This document shows, one piece after another, positions 56,430-64,000 of a DNA stretch of 64,000 bases. The translations under genes were made by a program, and so were the position numbers. The DNA lies in NCBI GenBank assembly GCA_965197585.1, contig OZ240215.1:544001-608000 (forward strand), given 5' to 3'. Every line of letters starts with the position of its first letter. Position 1 is the first letter of the stretch. The notes under the pieces are model-generated. The model did no database searches. It worked only from the letters and a program-made list of their open reading frames with translations, and was not told the DNA's origin. Source of the stretch: Dehalococcoidia bacterium (lineage in GTDB: Bacteria > Chloroflexota > Dehalococcoidia > Plut-88900).

Positions 56430-57170
56430 CGTCATCCCGGCCCCCGAGAGCCGGTCGAAGATGTTGTAAGCGGAACGTCCGCCTCGGGAGGATGCGCCTG
56501 TGGCGTGCGCCGAGGCGTGAATCCATCCCCAGGATGGGGCCGCTCACCCTGAGCATGCTGTAAGTCCGCTGAGGCGGATCGAAGGGTCGAGCGTGGGTAG
56601 GCTCCGCACTACCGGCCCGTCGCGCCAGCCCCGACTCTCAGCCGAGCCCCTTCTCCCCTGTCATTCCGAGGCTCCGCGAGGAATCTAGGACTTACCCTCT
56701 CACGCACTTCCTAGCCTCCCTTCCCCTCCCCCTTTCATTCCGGTCCCCGACACGGGAATCCATCCCCGTGAGGGGCCGCTCACCCTGAGCGTCGTCGAAG
56801 GGTCGAGCGTGGGGGCGGCCCACGTTGTCAATCCGTCGTGGTCGTCCCCCCAAAAGTGACACGAACCCCTTGACCAAAGCAAAACACTTGTACTATATTC
56901 TCCCTTAAATGGCCAATCACTCACCCTAACTACCAAGGAGGAACCAAAAACCCAGGGAAGCCCACCCGACCCACCCGAGGACTCAACGCCTCAGCCCATC
57001 CCAACGGCCCTCGCGCAGGCCCGCGGCACAAGCGAACGTCGCCATCTCCTCATCCCATCGGGTCCCGTGCCCCTTCCCTGACACCCAGGCGATGGAAAGA
57101 CGCCCTGGCTTTCTACTCCCACCCCTCTCCTGTCACCCCCACCCCGTCATTCCCGAGTAGTCGGGAATCC
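56430..57170. repeat. Mosaic of REP-like palindromes (BIME-like cluster)
   Basis: Composite unit TCATYCCGG...GAATCCATCCCC..GGGGCCGCTCACCCTGAGC..TCGAAGGGTCGAGCGTGGG at 56430-56597 and 56734-56813; GTCATTCC...GGAATC units at 56660 and 57146. Confidence 0.75.
56870..56899 (+). promoter_or_regulatory. Sigma-70-like promoter with an overlapping LexA-box-like site
   Basis: TTGACC-18-TATATT; AAAC-ACTT-GTAC resembles GAAC-N4-GT(T/A)C. Confidence 0.35.
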
Positions 57171-57480
57171 AGGGACGGAGTGCACAGGGAGATTACAACA
57201 AGGGTGAAAGGAGATGTACTCGCGGACCGTTCGACCCCCATAGAGAACCGTCTCGAAGTTCGGACCGCAATGCAAGAGTTAGCGCGCTACGGCGTGGGGG
57301 TGCCGGAGGATTTGCTCCGTATCGCTCCGGCAAACTGAAAAATCATTAGTTAGGCTGTGGGGCCACAGCTGGATTCCCTGGCCCCGTCGTGCCCATAGCG
57401 GCATACAGCCCAAAAATGGAGCCTCTGACGGACATCCTGCCCTGGATCGGTCCGTGCATATAATCGAGCAAAGGGCACGG

Positions 57481-57539
57481 CCGGCTGTAAGTCCCTCCCT
57501 CTCAGGCGGGACCTGCTCTCCAGGTCCCCCGACAGCCGG
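57481..57539. repeat. Interrupted long hairpin (REP-like)
   Basis: CCGGCTGT[..]GGGACCTG-ctctc-CAGGTCCCCCGACAGCCGG. Confidence 0.5.
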
Positions 57540-57732
57540 AACACCCGCAAAGAGAGCTGGTAAAGCCACTTAGAGGGCAAGAGCGCGTCTTCCATCGCCA
57601 ACCCGCCACACAAACAAACGACCTTAAACACCAACTCACAACCGAATATCCCGGCGGCATAGCTAGCCCATCCCCCCCCCGCTTCCCAAAGGTCTATAAT
57701 GCCCCCAGACCTCACCTCCGCACCATGAAACC

Positions 57733-58995
57733 TTGCAACTAACCGCCAACCGATTCCTCCCGGCCCTCGCCCACCGAGACTTTAGGCATCTTTGGTTTGC
57801 CGCCCTCAGCGCCGACGCCGGTGCCTGGGCCGTAATCGTCGCCCGAGGCTGGCTCGCCTACGACCTCGCCGAGAACAATTCCAGTGCCTCCGCCGGCCTG
57901 GTCATTTTCGCCGCCATGATCCCCTACGTTCTCGTCCCCGTCTTCGCAGGTTTTATGGCCGACCGAATGGTACGCCGTGACCTTTTGGCCTGGGCGATGG
58001 GGTTCCAGATACTCATTCACGTTGGCACAGCCCTCCTGGTGCTGCTCGGCTTTGTCCAGATTTGGCATCTGGTGGTGATAGCCTTCGTCACCGGAAGCGC
58101 TATGGCTACCCAGGTTGCAGGTCTTGAGTCACTGACTGCCAACCTCGTTCCGAGGAGAAACCTTGTAAACGCCTACGCGCTGATCAACGCAGCCTTTCAT
58201 GGGACTCGTGCCCTGGGCCCGGGCGCCATCGCTCCGGTATTGGCCTTGCTCGATATCGGATGGGCCTTTGCAATGGCCTCAGCCGCCTACGCCCTTGCCA
58301 TTTTCCTCGTCTTGCGTATCGAAACCCGTTCTACCGGCGTCATCGAATCCGCCCGCGGCCACCTGCGGAACCTGGTTGAGGGTTTCATCTATGCCTACCG
58401 ACACCCGGTACTGGTCCGCGTCTTCGCCCTGGTTATCTTCCACTGCGCCCTAGTAATGTCCTTCGAGTCCCTTCTCCCTGTCATCTCCGAGACGAAGCTT
58501 GGGGCTGACGCCTTCGGCGTCAGCATGATGAACGTGACCGTTGGAGTCGGTGCGCTTCTGATTTCTTTGGTAATAGCGCCGCTCTCAACGCCCCACAGAA
58601 GGGGCAGGCTCCTTCTCATCAATGGGATCGTGAGTGGCCTCAGCCCTCTTGGGCTTGCGTTCGCCCCGACCCTTCCGCTCGCCATGTTGGCCACCGCCTT
58701 TATGGGCGCTTCTCAAGCGGGCTTCATGATCCTGTCGTCAATACTTATCCAGTCTGTCGTCCCGGACGGCATTCGAGGACGAGTCACCAGCATTTACATC
58801 CTCCACGCCGCCGGAATCATGTCCTTCGCAAACTTTGGCAATGGAGCGCTCGGGGACGGGTTCGGGCCCGAGTGGGTGTTGTCGGTGGCGGCCGGCGGCT
58901 TCCTGGCCTTCATAGCCATCACTACTATCGAAAGAAGGACCAGGGGGATTTACGTCCGGGGTGTCGCGGTGGAGGCTATTGCCCCAACTGCCTAA
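57733..58995 (+). CDS. MFS transporter (MFS_3/EntS-like)
   Basis: LAHRDFRHLW, AGFMADRMVRR, VPDGIRGRVTS; about 12 TMs. Confidence 0.9.
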   Translation: MQLTANRFLPALAHRDFRHLWFAALSADAGAWAVIVARGWLAYDLAENNSSASAGLVIFAAMIPYVLVPVFAGFMADRMVRRDLLAWAMGFQILIHVGTALLVLLGFVQIWHLVVIAFVTGSAMATQVAGLESLTANLVPRRNLVNAYALINAAFHGTRALGPGAIAPVLALLDIGWAFAMASAAYALAIFLVLRIETRSTGVIESARGHLRNLVEGFIYAYRHPVLVRVFALVIFHCALVMSFESLLPVISETKLGADAFGVSMMNVTVGVGALLISLVIAPLSTPHRRGRLLLINGIVSGLSPLGLAFAPTLPLAMLATAFMGASQAGFMILSSILIQSVVPDGIRGRVTSIYILHAAGIMSFANFGNGALGDGFGPEWVLSVAAGGFLAFIAITTIERRTRGIYVRGVAVEAIAPTA

Positions 58996-58996
58996 A

Positions 58997-59053
58997 CCTC
59001 TCCCATCGAGGGAGAGGGCTAGGGCCGTAGGCTCGCTGAGGAGAGTGAGGGTG
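58997..59053. repeat. CCCTCTCCC/GGGAGAGGG REP-like element with a 21-nt insert
   Basis: CCTCTCCCATCGAGGGAGAGGGCTAGG[GCCGTAGGCTCGCTGAGGAGA]GTGAGGGTG between convergent genes. Confidence 0.6.
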
Positions 59054-59061
59054 TATCCCCG

Positions 59062-59922
59062 TTAGAGGGGAATGGACATCAGCTCGTCGGAGAAGACCAC
59101 TTCTCCCGGAAACACTGCCTGCACGTCCGCCTCCGCCTTGCCCCTTGCCTCGCTCCCCGAAAGCCCGGGCCCCATGTGCACAAGCACCAGCCTGCGAACC
59201 TCCGCATCCCGTGCCATCTTCGCTGCTCCCGTAGTACCGCACTGGCCTACATGCTCGCCGTTTTCGTCCATCACGTCCTGATCGTCCCAGCACATGCACA
59301 ACAGGGTGTCGGCGCCCGAGGCCAGCTCCGTCACCGAATCGCAGGGCTGCGTATCTCCCGTAATGACGATGCTTCCCGATTCCGTCTCCAGCCGATAAGC
59401 CAGGGAGTCGAGCCACGGTTGCACGTGCTCCGCCGGTGCGGCAACGACTTCCCAGTCAGTCCCCGAGCACACCTTTCCCGGCCCCACGTCCCGCGCCTCG
59501 ACTTCCGGGGGCCTTCTTGGCAGAGTGCCGCCCCGGTTCACGTAGACTCGTTGGCTTACCGGGTGGTTTACCCGAGCCTTCCAATCGTGAGCAAAGGCCC
59601 CCGACTCACCTATCAGCTTCTCGGTTATCGACTCCATAAGCGTCGGCCCGAAGACCTTGAGCCGGTTTTCCCGGCCTGCGCCCTGGTCCCAACGGCAGAG
59701 AAGGAAACAGGGGTAGTCGACGTCATGGTCGAAGTGGTGATGCGTGAAGAATAGGTGGTCTATCTGGGTCGGCCACAGACCGGCTTTCACCAGCTTATGT
59801 GTGGCCGCTGGCCCACAGTCGAACATCAGGTGCTGACCGTTGAGCTCGACGACGTACGACGATCCGAAGCGGGCGGGCGTGGGTGTCGGCGTCCCTGCCC
59901 CGAGCACTACTATCCTGCTCAT
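59062..59922 (-). CDS. MBL-fold metallo-hydrolase (RNase Z/arylsulfatase-like)
   Basis: LGAGTP, FDCG, THHHFDHD, TGDT, LVHM. Confidence 0.85.
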   Translation of the reverse strand: MSRIVVLGAGTPTPTPARFGSSYVVELNGQHLMFDCGPAATHKLVKAGLWPTQIDHLFFTHHHFDHDVDYPCFLLCRWDQGAGRENRLKVFGPTLMESITEKLIGESGAFAHDWKARVNHPVSQRVYVNRGGTLPRRPPEVEARDVGPGKVCSGTDWEVVAAPAEHVQPWLDSLAYRLETESGSIVITGDTQPCDSVTELASGADTLLCMCWDDQDVMDENGEHVGQCGTTGAAKMARDAEVRRLVLVHMGPGLSGSEARGKAEADVQAVFPGEVVFSDELMSIPL

Positions 59923-60677
59923 TTCGCGTTCCTTCCTCCGTCTATGACCATCGCCGCCCCCGACACGTACGCCGCATCATCCGACGCCAGGTACACGATA
60001 AGCTTGGCTATGTCCTCCGGCTGTCCGGGTCGGCCCACGGGTATCCCAGCCGCCACCTCGTCGAATATCCCCGCTTTGCCTTCGACCCCTTGAGCCCCCG
60101 GCGTGTCCACAAGCCCCGGGATCACGCTGTTTACACGTATCCCCTTATCGCAGAACTGGCTGTTTGTAGTCTTGGTGAGCTGGATAACCCCAGCCTTGCT
60201 CACTGCGTACGGCAAGGAAAACGCGCTCCCCCGCAGCACGACTGACGAAGAGACGTTTACTATCGCACCGCCACCCATTTTCAGCATCTCAGGGATCACG
60301 TACTTGCAGCATAGGAAGGGCCCTTTGAGGTTGATGTCGAGCACAGTGTCCCACTCCTCCTCCGTCACCTCGGGCAGGTCGGGGGCCTGGACCTGGAGCG
60401 CCGCCGCATTGACCAGCACGTCGATCTTCCCGTATTCCTCGATCACCCTCTTCACTGCAGCCTCCACCTCGGTGGCCTGGGACACGTCTGTCTCTATGAA
60501 AGTAGCTGAGCCCCCCGCTTCCTTTATCGCCGCAACCGTGCTCTCGCCACCTTCCATGTGAATGTCGAGTATCGCCACCCGTCCCCCCTCCCGGGCGCAC
60601 TCCTTTGCCGTCCCGCTCCCGATACCCAGGCTCCCGCCCGTCACGACGCACACTTTGCCGTCTAGTTTGCCTGCCAT
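59919..60677 (-). CDS. SDR family oxidoreductase
   Basis: TGGSLGIG, NAAA, YAVSK, PGLVDT, GQPEDIA; start MAGKLDG. Confidence 0.92.
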   Translation of the reverse strand: MAGKLDGKVCVVTGGSLGIGSGTAKECAREGGRVAILDIHMEGGESTVAAIKEAGGSATFIETDVSQATEVEAAVKRVIEEYGKIDVLVNAAALQVQAPDLPEVTEEEWDTVLDINLKGPFLCCKYVIPEMLKMGGGAIVNVSSSVVLRGSAFSLPYAVSKAGVIQLTKTTNSQFCDKGIRVNSVIPGLVDTPGAQGVEGKAGIFDEVAAGIPVGRPGQPEDIAKLIVYLASDDAAYVSGAAMVIDGGRNAK

Positions 60678-60702
60678 TTTCGCTTTCCTCCCTGTCCCGT
60701 TC

Positions 60703-62313
60703 CTAACCCTCGTACACCGACTCCCCACCCACCATCGTCATTTCGACTGGTATGTCCTTGATGCTGAATGGGTCCACTTCGGTCAAGTCTTGGCCCAAGA
60801 CCACCAGGTCGGCCAGCTTGCCCGGCGCAATCGACCCCTTTGTCTCCTCCTCGAAGGAGGCGTAGGCCCCGTTCAACGTGTAAATCTTCAGCGCCTCCTC
60901 AATGCTCACTTTCTGGTTCGGGCCCCAGACCCGACCCTCGCTATCCGTCCTAGTAACGCAGCACTGTATCCCCAGAAGTGGCTCGAAGGGACTGGCCGTA
61001 AAGTCAGACGCCCCGGTGCACGTGATCCCGTGGTCCAGGAACGACCGATGCGCGAACATCCACCTGGCCCGCTCCTCGCCATAGAAGTGCATCTTCTCCC
61101 CGTGTTGATAAGCGTATGCCCCGAAGGGTGTCGGGACGACGCCCAACGCCTTTATCCTTCTCAATAGGTCGGGATTCATCACGGTGCAGTGCTCTATCCG
61201 GTGCCGTGCCCCTTGCCTCGGGTAGGCTTCCTGCGCACGCTCGAAGCCCCGGAGAGTCATGTCGATGGCCGCGTCGCCGTTGGAGTGTACGCAGGCCTGG
61301 TAGCCTGCCTCGTGGATATGCCGGATCTTTTCGTCCAGTTCTTCCTGTTCGAACAGCATCAGCCCGTGGTCGTTACTTCCGACATACGGCTCGCTTAGAT
61401 AGGCCGTCCGAGTGGCTGTCCCGCCATCGTTGGTCAGCTTGATACCGCCCCACTTCAGCTTGTCGTCTCCTAGGCCCGTCCTTATGCCCGCCTTCCGGAA
61501 TGCCTCGAAATAGTTCTCATGCACAAGCATGTAGACCCGTAGCAGCAGCTCGTCCCGCTCCCATGCGTCCTGGTACACGCTGACTTCGTCGGGCGTGACC
61601 ATCGCATCATGTACGCTGGTCAGGCCTGCGGCCGCGTACATTCCGGTTATCGTTTTGAGGCCCTGCCGACGCTCCTCCGCACTCACCTGCGACATGAGGA
61701 AGAATCGGATTCGCTCCTCTCCTGCCTCGTACAGCACGCCGTTGGGCTCCCCCGACTCCGGGTCTTTCTCGTAAGGACCCGAGATCGGCCCCGCCGAGTC
61801 CCGCGTCACCCCGAATTCCTCCAGCCCCTTCTCATTGACCGAACTCTTGAGCCCGGCCCGGTGCGTTACTATCACCGGGTGGTCCCGGCTGACCTCGTCA
61901 AGCTCCCAGCGGCTCGGCATCCGGCCTTCGGGGGTCTTGGTATCGTCGTACTTGAAGCCCATGACCCACTCGCCGGGCGGAGTCTCCCTTGCCTTGAGCC
62001 TCAATTCTTCCTGCACAAGCCCGATAGTCGGCAGCTCGCAGTCCACCATCCGGGACACGATTTTGCACCCCGTGCTCATTACATGGATGTGCGCATCTAT
62101 GAACCCGGGAACTACGGTCTTTCCCGCCAGGTTGATGACCTTCGTACCAGGCCCCGCCAGGTGCTCCACGTCCTTGTTCGCCCCAACAGCCACGAACTTG
62201 CCGTTCTTTATGGCCAGGGCCTCGGCGCGCGGGTTGTGGGAGTCAACAGTGAGAATGTTGGCGTTGACGATCAGCTTGTCGGGTGTCAGGGCTGGGGATG
62301 GAATAACAGCCAC
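60703..62313 (-). CDS. Amidohydrolase-3 (YtcJ-like), paralog B
   Basis: PGFIDAHIH, GIKL..DG, HSNGDAA, HRIEHC, ASD, GKLADLVVL. Confidence 0.9.
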   Translation of the reverse strand: MAVIPSPALTPDKLIVNANILTVDSHNPRAEALAIKNGKFVAVGANKDVEHLAGPGTKVINLAGKTVVPGFIDAHIHVMSTGCKIVSRMVDCELPTIGLVQEELRLKARETPPGEWVMGFKYDDTKTPEGRMPSRWELDEVSRDHPVIVTHRAGLKSSVNEKGLEEFGVTRDSAGPISGPYEKDPESGEPNGVLYEAGEERIRFFLMSQVSAEERRQGLKTITGMYAAAGLTSVHDAMVTPDEVSVYQDAWERDELLLRVYMLVHENYFEAFRKAGIRTGLGDDKLKWGGIKLTNDGGTATRTAYLSEPYVGSNDHGLMLFEQEELDEKIRHIHEAGYQACVHSNGDAAIDMTLRGFERAQEAYPRQGARHRIEHCTVMNPDLLRRIKALGVVPTPFGAYAYQHGEKMHFYGEERARWMFAHRSFLDHGITCTGASDFTASPFEPLLGIQCCVTRTDSEGRVWGPNQKVSIEEALKIYTLNGAYASFEEETKGSIAPGKLADLVVLGQDLTEVDPFSIKDIPVEMTMVGGESVYEG

Positions 62314-63915
62314 CTACGCCTCGTAGATCGCTTCGCCGCCCACCACCGTCATTTCGATGGGGATGTCCTTGATGGTGTGTGGGTCAACGGCGGTCGGGTC
62401 CCGGCCAAGGACGGTGAAGTCGGCGAGTTTCTCTGCGGTGATGGAACCCTTCAGGTTCTCTTCGAAGGAGGCGTAGGCACTGTGCAGTGTGTATATCTTC
62501 AACGCCTCTTCCACCGATATGCGCTGGTTCGCACCCCAGACGTTGCCGTTGATGTCGGTCCTTGTCACGCAGCTCTGGATCCCGAGCAGCGGCTCGTAGG
62601 GGCCCGGCGGGTAGTCCGTAGCTCCCGTCGCCACGACTCCATAGTCCAGGAACGACCGCTGCGCGAACATCCACTTCACTCGCTCTTCCCCGTAGTACTG
62701 CATCTTTTCGCCGTGGTAATAGACATAAGTGCAGAAGGGTGTAGCCACCGCTCCTAACGCCTTCATCCTGTTGAGCAACGACGGATTCACCAGCGTGCAA
62801 TGCTCCAGCCTGTGGCGAGTGTCCTGTCGAGGATTTGCCTTCTGCGCCTTCTCGTAGGCGGTCAGCACCATGTCGATGGTAGCGTCCCCGTTGGCGTGCA
62901 CGCAGACCTGGTAGCCCGCATCGTGGACCTCCCTTACCATCTCCTCCAGCTCCTCAGGGTCTATGGCCCGGATCCCGCAATCGCTGTCGCTACCCTCGTA
63001 GGGTCGGGACAGGTAGGCGGTGCGGGAGGCTATTGCTCCGTCACTCACCATCTTGATGCCGCCCAGCCGAAGCCGGTCGTCCCCGAAGCCCGTCTTCAAC
63101 CCCGACGCCTTAAACCCCCCGAAATACCTGTAGTGCACCAGCATGTACACCCGCAGGGGCAGCTCACCCCTCTCCCATGCTTCCTGGTAGATGGCTACGT
63201 CATCGCTGGTGACCAGGGCATCGTGCACGGAGGTCAGGCCCGCCGCGGCGAACATATTGCAAATAGTCTTGAGGCCTTCCCGGCGCACGTCGGGCGTTAC
63301 TTTCGACAACAGCTCGAAGCGGATTGGGTCGGCTGCCGTTTCGTACAGCACGCCATCCAGCTCACCGGTTGCTTCGTCCCGGCCGTAGCGTCCGCCCGGT
63401 GGGTCCGGCGAGTTCTTGTCAATGCCGAGGGCTTTCAACCCCATGCTGTTTGTGTAGTAGACGTGCCCCGCCCGGTGGGCCACGAGTATCGGGTGCTGGC
63501 CGGTGGAATCGTCCAGGTCCCGGCGATTGAGGAATCGGTTCTCTACCGTTTTCGTATCGTCGAACTTGAACCCCTGAACCCAGTCTCCGGCAGCCGTGTC
63601 CGCCGCCTTGAAGCGTATGGCCTCCTGGATCTCGCCTATGGACGGGAGGGCGCAGTCGGCCATTAAGGTGTGGCGAATCCCGCTGCTCAGGACGTGGATG
63701 TGGGCGTCGATGAAGCCGGGTACTACCGTGCTCCCCGCGAAGTCCATCTTTCGGGTGTGGGGCCCCGCCATGTCCTTAATCTCATCATTGTCTCCCACCG
63801 CCACGAAAGCGCCTTCCCTTACGGCGAAGGCCTGGGCCCGAGGCTTGTACGGGTCTACGGTTATGACATTGCCGTTATAGCCGATTAGATCTGGAATCAG
63901 ATGTTCCGAGGCCAT
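62314..63915 (-). CDS. Amidohydrolase-3 (YtcJ-like), paralog A
   Basis: PGFIDAHIH, GIKM..DG, HANGDAT, HRLEHC, ATD, EKLADFTVL; GGAGG SD. Confidence 0.9.
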   Translation of the reverse strand: MASEHLIPDLIGYNGNVITVDPYKPRAQAFAVREGAFVAVGDNDEIKDMAGPHTRKMDFAGSTVVPGFIDAHIHVLSSGIRHTLMADCALPSIGEIQEAIRFKAADTAAGDWVQGFKFDDTKTVENRFLNRRDLDDSTGQHPILVAHRAGHVYYTNSMGLKALGIDKNSPDPPGGRYGRDEATGELDGVLYETAADPIRFELLSKVTPDVRREGLKTICNMFAAAGLTSVHDALVTSDDVAIYQEAWERGELPLRVYMLVHYRYFGGFKASGLKTGFGDDRLRLGGIKMVSDGAIASRTAYLSRPYEGSDSDCGIRAIDPEELEEMVREVHDAGYQVCVHANGDATIDMVLTAYEKAQKANPRQDTRHRLEHCTLVNPSLLNRMKALGAVATPFCTYVYYHGEKMQYYGEERVKWMFAQRSFLDYGVVATGATDYPPGPYEPLLGIQSCVTRTDINGNVWGANQRISVEEALKIYTLHSAYASFEENLKGSITAEKLADFTVLGRDPTAVDPHTIKDIPIEMTVVGGEAIYEA

Positions 63916-64000
63916 GTTCCACCTCCGATGCCCGGGCCGGGATTGTGAGTGGTTAGCCCGCGAGGGCCGGGACCCGGGCGAGAATTACTCCTCCGGCCAG

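Noticed and set aside
56430-57170. Possible CRISPR array
   Set aside because: Repeats are heterogeneous, irregularly spaced and REP-like; no cas genes
57350-57715. 121-aa and 96-aa minus ORFs in the intergenic gap
   Set aside because: No recognisable motifs; overlap a hairpin repeat and the likely MFS promoter region
63985-64000. Possible 3' end of an upstream minus-strand gene (WPEE*)
   Set aside because: Too short to support

Overview
GC-rich bacterial chromosome segment. Gene content and order suggest Chloroflexota/Dehalococcoidia, possibly SAR202-like; this is an inference from the expansions of LLM, amidohydrolase and SDR genes, the stand-alone dnaN, and rplL not being followed by rpoB. 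Bases 1-26 kb are mostly housekeeping: ABC transporters, purA, dapA-asd-dapB-pnp-rpsO, rpsA, clpC, radA-larE-methyltransferase-larC, three tRNAs, tuf-rpmG-secE-nusG-rplK-rplA-L10 leader-rplJ-rplL. Bases 26-64 kb form a catabolic region dominated by C-N bond enzymes: a GcvT-family oxidoreductase, an amidase with a small partner, a (hydroxy)proline epimerase, a PuuD-like protein, LLMs, CocE, a Co-type nitrile hydratase, twin ureohydrolases, a D-aminoacylase and twin amidohydrolases. The most unusual items are (1) a nitrile hydratase operon with a DUF5678-like + retropepsin-like protease pair between nthA and the activator, plus a low-GC PD-(D/E)XK-like gene just upstream of nthB; (2) REP-like palindromes that carry related ~20-nt micro-insertions, and one that is cut by an IS481-like end; (3) tandem ureohydrolase paralogs about 84% identical; (4) two amidohydrolase genes separated only by an in-frame TAG. 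No CRISPR array, rRNA or intact transposase was seen. All family assignments come from reading motifs by eye, not from database searches.
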